A DNA stretch of 64,000 bases from Rebecca billardiae RCC1528. Lineage: Eukaryota; Protista; Haptophyta. This document shows, one piece after another, positions 42,884 to 53,756 of this stretch. The notes beneath the pieces were generated by a model. The model saw nothing but the letters and a program-made list of their open reading frames with translations. It did no database searches and was not told where the DNA came from. The DNA is taken from assembly GCA_965240325.2 (NCBI GenBank), contig OZ251222.1, forward strand, positions 2,604,001 to 2,668,000, read 5' to 3'. The translations under genes and the position numbers were made by a program. Numbering within the stretch: position 1 is the first letter of the stretch; every line of letters starts with the position of its first letter.

Positions 42884-44224
42884 ATGGCGCCAAAGGCTTC
42901 CGCCGCCCGCAAGAAGGCCCGCGCCGCCGCGGCCAAGCCGCGCTCGGCTGCTGCGGGCAAGGCGCCCGCGGCCCCCGCCGGCGCCACCGACGACGCCTTC
43001 TTCGTGCACGAGACCACGTACCCGTCGGGCCGCGGCTGCTACGCCGGCGCGCGCATGTCCAATGCGGAGCTGGACGCGCGCACGACGTGCACCAAGCACG
43101 GGCCGTACGCGACGGAGGCGGAGGCGGTCGCCAAGGCGCGCGCGCTGCGCGACTCGACGCCGCAGTTTGAGGACTGGGCCGAGGAGCACTACGGCCACCG
43201 CCCGCCGCCATACGAGTCTGTCTACGGCGAGAACGACGACGAGGACGAGAACGTGACGATCAGCGTCGTGCGCGCCTCCGACCAGAAGCGCGCCGCCGCC
43301 GCCGAGCTGTCCAAGCTCGGCGCGAAGCCGCCGCCCGCCGCGCCGTCGGTGTCCAAGCCGGGCGCGATCGGCCTCGACCCGAGCCTGAAGCCCACCGAGG
43401 ACAAGGGGCTGTTCGTGCGCCACCCCGCGCCGGCGGTGCTCGGCGGGCGGCGCACGCCGCCGTCGGCCTTCCCGCCCAACTTCGTCTACTGCATCCAGCG
43501 CCTCTCCGACCTGTGCCACTCCGTCGCCGCGTACGCGGCCCGGCCGAGCCTGGGCGCGCGGTACAGTCTGAAGAAGCTGCCGCGTGTGCTCAGCAAGGCG
43601 CTCGTGTGGGTGCCGCCGCCGGGGTACGGGCGCGGCGGCGAGCACGCGCCGCCGGCCGAGGCGCTGGTCGACTGCGTGACCACCGACCTCACCGACCCGT
43701 CCAACGGCGACTCGCTGCTCACCGCCGACAGCCTGCTCGCCGCCGCGTGCGCGCAGACGCGCGTGTTCTTCTGCAACAACTTCAAGCAGCCAGACAGCCT
43801 CGCCGCCGCGATCGGCAAGTGCGGCGAGCTGACGACGGTGTGCCTGGTCGAGTGCACGCTGTCCGAGGCCGTCGTGCGCGCGCTCGCCGCCAAGGGCGCG
43901 TCGGTGCGCGCGCTGCACCTGCACATGTGCGGCTTCGAGCCGCGCGCGCCCGCCGAGTGCGCCGCGTGGGTGCAGATGCTCCGTGCGATGCCGGAGCTCA
44001 TCTGGCTCAGCGTCTGCTTCGCGTACTGCGCGCCCTTCGGCGTCGACGCGATCGAGGCGCTGCCGCCGTCGCTGCACGCGCTCGCGTACGAGGTGTCGCG
44101 CTGCCAGCCGCCGGCCGCGCACGTCGAGGCGCTGCGCGGCTCGGCCAAGCGGCTGCCCCTGCTGCGGTGGCTGCACGTCACGCCCGACGCCGCGGGCAAG
44201 TCTGCCGTGCCGCTCAAGCGCTGA
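42884..44224 (+). CDS. Hypothetical protein with basic N-terminus and LRR/RNI-like C-terminal region
   Basis: 446 aa from ATG 42884, with strong GC3 codon bias. LxxLxL-type segments: LTTVCLVEC, VRALHLHMC, LIWLSV, LRWLHV. Confidence 0.65.
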   Translation: MAPKASAARKKARAAAAKPRSAAAGKAPAAPAGATDDAFFVHETTYPSGRGCYAGARMSNAELDARTTCTKHGPYATEAEAVAKARALRDSTPQFEDWAEEHYGHRPPPYESVYGENDDEDENVTISVVRASDQKRAAAAELSKLGAKPPPAAPSVSKPGAIGLDPSLKPTEDKGLFVRHPAPAVLGGRRTPPSAFPPNFVYCIQRLSDLCHSVAAYAARPSLGARYSLKKLPRVLSKALVWVPPPGYGRGGEHAPPAEALVDCVTTDLTDPSNGDSLLTADSLLAAACAQTRVFFCNNFKQPDSLAAAIGKCGELTTVCLVECTLSEAVVRALAAKGASVRALHLHMCGFEPRAPAECAAWVQMLRAMPELIWLSVCFAYCAPFGVDAIEALPPSLHALAYEVSRCQPPAAHVEALRGSAKRLPLLRWLHVTPDAAGKSAVPLKR

Positions 44225-44531
44225 AGCGCTGGTGGGTGGCAGGTGACGGCAGGGGCGAGCGGCGCGCTCCTGGACGCGCTGCTGCCGAGCAGCACGGCCA
44301 CGAGGCCGTGTCCACGCCGCGTGCCTCGCGGGCTGCGATCGTCTGCGCGCCGCTGGTCGGCTGATCACGCGCGAGCGCAGCACCATCTAGCTACTTGCAC
44401 CGCATCTGCTCAGTGCTGATGCCGATCTGCTGAGGCATCATGCATCGGCGGCGCATCGACTTCTGACTGTATTCATCGTCATCGTCGTCGTCGTCATATC
44501 CCTTCGTCATCGCAGACGACTGTAGAGTGAT

Positions 44532-44947
44532 TGTCAGACTGGGCACCAGTCCTCGGTTCTACAAGTACAGTCTAACATGGTATCGGGCTCGGCTTGGGCC
44601 GTCGACGGGGGCGTGGTGCCCCAGGGCAGTTGATCGAGTGATCGCTGTGGTCGGTGAGGAGGAGTGTCAGACTGGGCACCAGTCCTCGGTGACACCGTTC
44701 CACAGGAGTCGCGGGTAAGTTTCCGCATCTACCCGTACGTACCGGCGGAGGCACGATCCGGCACTATCTCGGCCAGTCCGGAGCCCCAAACTCCCTGGGA
44801 GTTTGGGGCTGCCTGACCCATCATCCGTCATGTGACACCGTCCGCCTCGCCCCTTCGGGGCGGTCCTAGCCCCGCCTGGTCGCTTCCGGTGGACCTATCG
44901 CCCACACGCGCGGTAGGGAGCACCCACGCTTCTTCTTCAGTCTAACA
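44532..44947 (+). mobile_element. TRIM-like miniature LTR retroelement (416 bp)
   Basis: TSD GTGAT (44527-44531, 44948-44952). 5' LTR 44532-44577 (TGTCAGACTG..CAGTCTAACA), immediately followed by the PBS TGGTATCGGGCTCGG. PPT GGTGAGGAGGAG abuts the 3' LTR at 44665-44947. Confidence 0.9.
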
Positions 44948-45310
44948 GTGATGATGATGATATATATGCACTACATAAACGACGACGTACGCGTCACAGA
45001 TCAACTCGATCACGGTCGTAGCAGGCATACGACGTCATCATACTCATCATCTGGCAGTAGACATAGCAGGTTATATTACTATATGTTGCAGCATGACGGC
45101 GCCGACGAGGCGACGACGACATCGCCGATCGCGTCGCCGGACGCTTGATGAATGACGCGATGATGATGAACTGACGCGCGCAGCCGCAGCGCAGCAGCCT
45201 CTGAAGTACATGGATGAAAATGAGATGCGACGAAGCATGCAGTGCGAGCTCGTGATGCGCGGACAGGCGGGCGGGCGGACGAGCCGAGGGCCGGCTCGCC
45301 GCTGCCACGC

Positions 45311-48300
45311 TCAGTCCTCCTCCATCGCCTCCCTGGGCGGGTCGTGCCTCATCATGTGCGCCTCGCCGTCGCGCACGTGCGTCTTCTCCTCGTCGTACGT
45401 GGAGAGCCGGCCGCGCGTCAGGAGGTTGCGCTGTCTGCTCACGGCCTCGACGTGCCCCTGCATGTTGGCGTCCTCGCGCATCAGGAGCTTGAGCCGCCTG
45501 TGCGGCAGCGAGAAGAGCGTGGTGCCGTCCTCCACGGCCGTGGCCGTGTTGCGCCGCACGCCGCCGCCGCCGCTATCGCTCGCGCCGCCCGGGCCGCCCG
45601 CCGTGCCGATCGCGCCCGACGCGCCGAAGCACTCGCCCGGCCCGTACGTCTTGGTGCGGACGGCGCGCCCATCGATTGTCTCGTAGGACATCTGCACCTT
45701 GCCCGACTTGACGACGTAGAACGAGATCGAGGGGTCGCCCTGCGGGGCGGGGCCGAACGGCGGCGGGGGCGCGCGTGAGCCGCGCGCCGCGCGCGCGCAA
45801 CCGGCCCGCGCGGCCGCCGCGCCGCGCCGGGCGGCGGGCGGGGGCGCGCGCGTGCCGCGCGCGCGTGCCTGCTTGAAGACGTCCTCACCCCTGTTGCGCA
45901 CGATCGTCTCGGCGCCGCCCGTGTTCGCGGCCAGCTCGATGATCGTGCGCAGCCGCGAGCGCGAGCGCGCCGCCGCCGCCTCCCGGACCGCCGTGTCCAG
46001 CTGCTGCGAGCCGCGCAGCGCCGACTCCCAGTCCTCGCGGCCGAGCCGGCGCAGCTTGCACCCGCCGGGCGTGGCGCACGTGGCGGCGGTGTTGCGCCCC
46101 TTGCGCCCGTCAAGAAACGCGGTCTCGCCAAAGTGGTTGCCTGGGCCGAGCTCCGCGAGCACGCGCTCCACGCCCTTCTCCGTCTTGTAGTGCAGCTGCG
46201 GGCGGGCGCGCGCCACCGCGGCGGCGCGAGCGCGCGGCGGCAGGCGGCAGGCGGCGAGGCGGCGAGGCGGCGAGGCGGCGAGGCGGCAAGGTTGGGGGCG
46301 GCGCCGCGGCGCGGGGCGCGGCTGCGCGCGGGGCGCTCGCGCGCTCGGCGGCGCCGCTGCCGCCCCGCACGCGCGCGCGCCTGGCCGACCTCTCCGCGCG
46401 GCGCGGCGCGTCTTGGCTCGGCGCGCGCACCTTGACGCTGCCCTCGTCGACGAGGTACACGTGCGTCGGCGCGTCGCCTTGCCTGAAGAGGTCCTTCCCC
46501 TCGGGCATCGAGATGCGCTCCATCGCCCTGAGCACGCCCTCGTAAGCGGCGTGGTCGACCGGGCTGCCCGTGCGCGCGGCGACGGCGGCCATCGTGGCGT
46601 GGAGCTGGGACTCGGACTGGCCGCGCGCGGCGCGCTCGCCCGCGCTCGTCTTCTCGTCCGCCACGCGGTCCGCGCGCGCCCGGATCGTCGTCTGCAGCCA
46701 CTCCGACCCCTCGAGCGCCGGCTTGAGCGACGAGACCGGAAGGCACGCGAGCGTCGCCTCGGTCGCGGCCGTCACGGTCGTGTCGTGCACGCCTGAGAGG
46801 AGGGCGTCGTACCCGAAGTGCGAGCCGACGGGGACCTCGCCCAGCGTGATGTTCTCCCCCGTCGGCGCGGTGAACGAGTGGCGCAGCTTCCCCTTGATCA
46901 CCTGGCACATCGCGTCCGCGCGCTCGCCCTGCACGAACACCGCCTCGCCGGCCGAGAGCTGGCGCGTGTAGCGCGCGCCCTGCGTCTGTCGCATCTCTCC
47001 AAACATGCGGCCGAGGCGCGCCTGCTGCCGCGCCTCCGCGCGCGCGGCCATCCCCTTCGCCAGCCGGCCCGACGCGTCGCTCTGCACCAGCGCGAGGAAG
47101 TGGTCCCGCTCCATGAAGAGCACCTTCACCGGCTCGTCGCACACGACGGTCGACGAGCGCACCGCGCGCCCCTCGAGAATGCCCGTCTCGCCAAAAAAGT
47201 CGCCGGGGCCGAGGCACGCGAGCTCGATGTCGGCCTGCTTGTTCTCCTGCTTGACGAGCACGCGCACCTGCGCGGCGCGCGCGCCCGCCGCGCCGCCGCC
47301 TGAGCTCGCGCGCGCGCGCGCGCACGGCGCGCGGCCCCGCCCTCGCGCGAGGGCGCGGGCCGCGCGCAGCCTCGCGCGGCCGCGCGCGCCGCGCCATCCG
47401 GCCGGCCGCGCGGCGCGGGCCGCAGGCGGCCCGCCCGTGGCGCGCTGGCGCGCGCCCCTTCGCGAGCGCGCGCCCTCGCGCGCGCGCACCTGCCCCTTCG
47501 TGATGATGTAGAAGCCGTCCACGTCGTCCCCCTGCTTGAAGATCGCCTCGCCCCTCTTGAACTTTTTAGCGAACGAGCGGTTGAGCGCGCGCATGTACGC
47601 CTCATACGAGATGGTGCGCTGCCCGCCGCCCGCGCCGCCGCCGCCGCCCGGGCCGGCCTTCGAGTCGCGCCGCTTGACGGGGTCGTTGAGCTTGGACGTG
47701 GGCGCGAGCACGCACATCATGTTGTGCAGCTCGCGCTCCGAGAGCTGGTGGCCGAGCTCCTCGCACACGCGGCGCAGGTCTGCCGCGGTGATGTATCCCT
47801 TGTGCTCCGAGTCAAACAGCTCGTACCCGGCGCGGAGCGCGTCGAACTCGGAGGCGCCGCGCGCGCCGCCGCCGCCCTCGGGGTCGATGCCGTGGTGGTG
47901 GTCGTACTGCCCGCCGCCGCCGCCGCCGCCGCCCAGCTCGGCGCCCACCTGCGAGTCGCGCTTCTTGAGCTGCAGCTGCTCCTGCTGAGACTGCGCGTTC
48001 TTCACCTGGTGCATGAGGATCCCGAGGAGGATCGAGCCGTGGAAGGCGTGGCGCGCCTTGGTGTACGCGCGCAGCCGCTCGTGCGTGTCCGGCAGCAGCC
48101 GCTCGCTCGCCTTCGTGTCCCCGCGCACCCACGGGTGGTTCACCAGCTCGGAGGCGGTCGTGCGTTTGCTCGGGTCCACTTCGAGCAGCGAGCGCACGAG
48201 CCGCTTCGCCTGGCGCGAGACGTTGCGCCACTCGCGCGAGTCGAAGGAGAGCTTGCCCGCCTTGGCCTGGCGCTCGACCTCGCCCGTGCTCGCCTCGCCG

Positions 48301-49298
48301 TCCACGTCGAACGGGTGGTACCCGCTCAGCAGGATGTACAGCACCACGCCCGCCGCCCAGAGGTCCACGGGGAGACCGTACGGCTCACGCCGCAGCTGCT
48401 CGGGCGCGAGGTAGCCGGCGGTGCCGGTCCAGTCGCGCGGCTTCTCCTCCTCGTCGCCGGTGAGCAGCAGCGCCGTGCCGAAGTCGATCACCTTGAGCAC
48501 GTCCTGCCCCTCGTGCAGCGGGTCCGACGCGAGCACGAGGTTCTCCGGCTTGATGTCGCGGTGCAGCACGCCCTTCGAGTGCAGGTGGTACAGCGCGGAC
48601 GCAAACTGCTGCATGAGCAGCTGCGCGTCGCGCTCGGAGTACGCGCCCTGCGCGACGAGCTGCTCGAACAGCCCGCCGCCCTCCGCCAGCTCCATCACGA
48701 TGCACCACTGCCGCGGCTCGAGGTCGTCGGGCGCGAAGCCCTTGCGCCGCAGCTCGGGCGCAACGTCCCACACCGCGTGCAGCTCGACGACGTGCTGGTG
48801 GCGGCCGCACGCGTGCATCGCGTCGACCTCGGCGCGCAGCTGCTTGACCGCCTTCTCGCTGTGCGGGATCTTCTTCACCGCGACGAACTGCCCCGTGATG
48901 CCGTCCTGCGCTGCCCACACCTCGCCAAACGAGCCCTTGCCCAGCAGGCGCTGCAGGTCGTACCGCCCGTGGAAGTCGGCGTGCGAGATGCGCTCGCCGA
49001 CCGCGTCCACCTCGTCGCCGTACACGGCGTCCAGATCGTCCTCGAACGGCGAGCGCAGCCCGAGGTCGTACGCCATGAAGCCGCCGACGCTCGCCGCGAG
49101 CGCGGCGCCCGCGCGCACGGCGTTCGTGCTGGTCGCCACGCGCGCGGCCGTCGAGAGCGGCCGGCCCCCGTGGCGCGCGGCCGCGCTGGGGAGGAGGCGG
49201 AGCAGCGAGCGCGCGCGCACGCAGCCGCCGACGCCGCCGACGCCGGCGCCGCCGCCCCCGCCACCCGCTGCGCGGAGGGCGCGGCCGGCGAGCAGCAT
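45311..49298 (-). CDS. CAMK/CDPK-like Ser/Thr kinase + EF-hand + four cyclic-nucleotide-binding domains; exons 49298-47490, 47267-46431, 46195-45869, 45739-45311 (~1133 aa)
   Basis: Kinase motifs LGKGSFGEV, VAVKKI, HRDIKPEN, DFG, GTAGYLAPE and DLWAAGV. EF-hand FDSEHKGYITAADL. Four F.QG....Y....G.V....G..FG modules. The third intron is GC-AG. Confidence 0.9.
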
Positions 49299-49545
49299 GA
49301 TTGGCGACGATGGGCTGCGCGCCCAGCAGGGCGCTCGCTCGCCAGCTTGATGGTTGCAATCTTTCGGGAGGATGTCAGGATGATCCGGCCAGCGATTTGA
49401 GATTTTGCGCGTGAACTCTCTCACTACTGGGACCGACACCGGACCTTTCACCTTTGCCGTGCCGCTTGGCTGCGGCCGCCCGTCGGTCGCCGACCGCGCC
49501 GCAGAAGAGGCCAGGGCGCGCGGCGAGCGCCCGGTGCGCGGTGCG

Positions 49546-51659
49546 ATGGTGGACGGGCACGCGCTGCTGCAGGTGCTCACAGCGTCGCTCGAGGCGAACT
49601 GCAAGATCTTCACCATGGTCTTCCTCGGCGTCGTCGCCACATTCAACGGCGTGTTCGACTCGAAGGGGATCTCGGACATGGGCCGGCTCGTGTACCGCAT
49701 CACGCTGCCCTCGCTGCTCTTCTCGAAGATCCTGAAGGAGTTCTCGCTGGACAAGCTCAGGCTGCTCTACTGGCTCCCCGTCTTCTGCGTGCTGCACGCG
49801 CTGCTCGCGTACACCATCTCGCACGTGCTCGGCGTCGTGCTGCGCATCTCGCCGTTCGAGATGCGCGTCGTGCTCGGCTCGCTCATGTTCGGCAACGTGG
49901 GCGCGCTCGCGATCGCGGTGGTAACCACGCTGTGCAGCTCCGAGCCGCTCGTCTCCGAGGTCGGCCCGATCTGCCAATCGCGCGCCGTCTCGTACGTCGC
50001 CTTCTATCTGATCACGCAGAACCTTCTGATGTTCTCGTGGGGCGAGGCGCTGCTCTTCGCCAAGACGACGACGGTGGAGCAGCTGGCGGCGGAGGGCGAG
50101 GACGCGGCGCAGGTGGAGGCGGAGCTCGCGGCCGGCGAGGCCGCGCAGCCGCGCGCCCCCACGCGCGAGCCCAGCGGCAAGAGCCCGCGCGCGTCGCCGC
50201 CGGACGCGAGCGCCGACCTCGACAGCGGCAGTGAGCAGAGCCCGCCGCGCTTCTGCCACTCGCAGGGGCCCGGCGGGGCGCACGTGCCGGCGGAGGGCGC
50301 GGCGTGCGGCTCGGCGAGCGCGGCGTCGCTGCCCACCGGGCTCGACGCCGACGCGCACCCCAGCCTGCGCGTGCGCACGGGCTCGCTCAACCTCGACCCG
50401 CGGCTGTCGGGCGTGCGGCGCGCGTCGGGCGGGCTGAAGCGGCAGCGCTTCCAGACGTCGATGGCGGCGGCGCGCACGCCGATCGACGCGGCGGCGGGCG
50501 GCGCGGGCGGGGTGGTGATCCGGCGGAGCGTGTCGACGCAGCACATGCACGACGCCGCCGGCGCGCGCTGCTCGCCCGCCGACGCCCTCCGCGCCCCGCT
50601 CACCGGCAGCAGCGCCGGCGGCGGCAGCGGGCCGAGCCGGCGCGGCTCGATCCGCTGCCTGGACGGCGAGGAGCTCCCCGCCACCCTCTCGTACGCCGAG
50701 ATTCAGCACGCGGCGTCGCGCGTGGGGCTCGAGGTGCACGCGTTCCACCCGCTGCACCACGCGTCCACCGCCGCCCTCGCGAGCGCCGCCGAGCCCGCCG
50801 ACGACGACTCGCACGGCTCGGCGCCGCTGCTGCAGAGCGAGCCAAACTCGTTTGCGTTTGTGCTCGCGCGCGGCGCGACGCTGCGCGCGCACGCGAGCGT
50901 GCTCGCGACGCGCGTGTACTCGGTGCTCGCCGGCGTGCTCTCGAACCCGCCGATCCAGGCGGCGCTGCTCGCGATGGTGCTCGCCGTCTGGCCCCCGCTC
51001 AAGGCGCTGCTCATCGGCCCGGACGCTCCGCTCCGCTTCCTCGCCTCGGCCGTGGACACGCTCGGTGACGCGCAGGTGCCCATTTCGATGCTGATGCTCT
51101 CGGGCTCGGGCACGATCAACTACATGAAGGGGCTCAAGGGGCGGCTGCAGGCGCAGGGCGCCGAGATCACGCCGTTCGCGTTCGAGTGGCGCACGGAGCT
51201 CGCCATCGTCGTCGGCCGGCTGCTGCTGCTCCCGGCCGCCGGCTTTGGCGTGTTCTGCGCGCTCAGAGACGGGCTGGGCGTGCTCCCGGCCGACCCTCTG
51301 CTGCTGCTCATCGTCCTGATCGAGAGCGCGGTGCCCACCGGTGCGCGCGCAGCGCCGCGCAGCGCCGCGCAGCCCCGCGCCGCGCCGCGCAGCCCCGCGC
51401 CGCGCCGCGCGCGCGCGCCGTCGGCACGGCGTCGTGCGCCGCCCCGTCGAACGCGACGCGCTGCGCCCGCCCGCCCGCGCCGCCCCGCCTGCCGCGCCCC
51501 CGGCCGCGCCCAGCCCAGAACATCATCATGATGCTGCTCGTGCACGGCGAGGTGGTCGAGGGCGAGGCGATGGCGGCCGTGCTGCTGCGCCAGTACGCCT
51601 TCTCGATGGTCACGTTCACCGCCGCCGCAGCACTCTTCCAGACGCTCATCTTCGCATGA
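49546..51659 (+). CDS. PIN-LIKES/AEC family membrane transporter (Mem_trans); exons 49546-51340, 51514-51659 (646 aa)
   Basis: Motifs LVYRITLPSLLFSKI, FGNVGALAIAVV, SNPPIQA, LGDAQVPISMLML, GRLLLLP and ESAVPTAQN. Two TM bundles flank a long hydrophilic loop. Confidence 0.85.
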
Positions 51660-52177
51660 GGCGCCGCCCGCGTCAGCCGCATGGCGCCACGGTCTGGAGT
51701 CGTCACGCGGGCCCCACCGGCAGCGCCGGGCCCAAGCCGGCTGCCGCCGCATGCTCTCATAATGCGGACTTCAAATTCAGTCGTCGTCGTCACCCGTGTC
51801 CGTATTCGTTCGCCTGAAGACGTGCCAACCTGAACGCGCCTTGCCGCGCAGGCTCCGCCCGCGGCGACGCAGCCCTGGGCCCCTGGCTGCCTGTGCGGCT
51901 GTGTGAGTTCCGGTGGAAGCCAGTGTGAGAGACCCGTGATCGCGGGCCACCGCCACCGGCCCGGGCGCCGCGGCCGCGAGAGTGCCCACGGTCACTCGGA
52001 CGGCCGGCGCGCGCCGGCGCCTGTCAGACGGGCAGTGCCGCAGTGGAGGCTGGACCGCGTGCCCGTGGCTGGCCGTCTAACGCCTCTCAGCAGTATGGCC
52101 AGCATGCGCCACGGTGGCAATTATCTCACACCGGATGCATGTCATAATACGCGGACTGTACAAGTGTGCGGTTCGGT

Positions 52178-52594
52178 TCAGACTTTGAGGTCGAAGGGAC
52201 TGTCCATTGATTCGCGAAGCGAGTCTGCGCCTGGTGCTGCAGCGTGGAGGCTGACGATGACGGACGGCGAGACGAGCCGAGCTGCGCGGACGTACGATCG
52301 CAGTAACCCGGTGAAGTATACCACGGGCGACTTTCGAGCTCGAGGTACATCGGGATGCTCGAACGGGTCGGCGAGATGCGAGCGATGCGGAAGCGCGCGG
52401 TCGTCGTCGTCATCCGCATGCTCACGGAGGCGGAACGGCACCTCGTACTCGTCGTGGGGGTGTATACCTATCCCTTGTAATGAGGTAGCGTCGATCTCGT
52501 CCTTGCGCGACACGGGCATGTCATGTTGTCCAGGGCGGATTGGCGACCGCGCCGTCATGGCGACGGAGCCGAACATGAGGAGCGCGCGGAGCAT
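52178..52594 (-). CDS. Possible small secreted protein (gene structure uncertain)
   Basis: ATG 52594 begins MLRALLMFGSVAMTARS (signal-like), followed by protein-like acidic sequence. A possible intron starts near 52295. Confidence 0.3.
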   Translation of the reverse strand: MLRALLMFGSVAMTARSPIRPGQHDMPVSRKDEIDATSLQGIGIHPHDEYEVPFRLREHADDDDDRALPHRSHLADPFEHPDVPRARKSPVVYFTGLLRSYVRAARLVSPSVIVSLHAAAPGADSLRESMDSPFDLKV

Positions 52595-52992
52595 GCCGTG
52601 AAGGCTCGCGGGGTTCACTTGGACGGGCCGTCCGTGTTGTGCTTTTGATGGCGGGTTTCGTAGGTGGGGGCCCTTTGCCGCCTTTTCGCGCACTCTCCCT
52701 CGAGGAGATCGGTTGTCGCGGGTTGTCGCCCAATCAACACCCACGAACTGGGCCTTTTCCTGGCAGATCTCACACAGATCTTCGGCACGTTTCCGGCAAA
52801 GGTCCCCTCTTGTGACGAATACTACACAACCAAACGGTGTCGTTTTCGTAGATTCGCGTCCGAGGTTGATGGAGAGGATTTGGGGGCGCGCTTATTCGTA
52901 AAATGGAGTCAGGCCGCACGATGGCGTCATCGGTGCCGCCTTGCTGCCCCTTGCATGAGCCGGCCATGGCCAGGGCGCACCCGACCCCCCCG

Positions 52993-53719
52993 TCACGAGC
53001 GCTGGGTGGCGCAGTGGCTCGCCAGCTTCCACTCGTTCGGTCCCTGCGCGAGCAGGTAGCTGTCGTTGTGGTTCGCCTGGTAGAGCACCTCGTCGAACTT
53101 GGCCGGGTCGATGAGCGCGCCCATCCTGCCGAGGTACGCGTCACGCACCTCGGCCGTCGTGAAGCGGTTGCTCTGCCGCTGGCCCGCGAGGGTCTCGAGC
53201 GTCTCCCGCAGGCAGACGGACGCCGCCTTCACGCCCAGCGGGCGGGAAGAGCCGGCGCCCGCGCCCCTCCTGCCGCCGCCGCCGCCGCCGCCGGGCTGCG
53301 TGCCGCGCAGCCCTCCGGCGGCCGCCACGCCGAGATCGGCCATGTGGTCGTAGAAGAGCGACTCGCGCATGATGTCGATCACATCAGCCACGTCGGAGGC
53401 GAGCACCTCCTCGCGCAGCTCGAGCTTGGCGCGCGCCTCGGAGAGCCGCATGAGCGACTCGAGCTGGCGCGTCGTGATCGCGCCGCAGTCGTGCTGCCGG
53501 TACGATCGGCGCAGCTCGAGGTAGAAGTCGCGCAGCTCGGCGCGCGCCGCGTCGGTGAGCCGCGGGTGCACGTACGCGCGCGCGTACTCGATGTACTTGC
53601 GCAGCAGCTTCGCGGGCAGCGGGTCGAACTCCGCCTCCGTCAGCCGCAGCCGCTCCGAGAGCGGCGCGCTCGCCTGCCAGTCGGCGTACCCGGGCGTGCG
53701 CGGCTGCGAGGGCGCGCCC

Positions 53720-53756
<37 letters not shown>

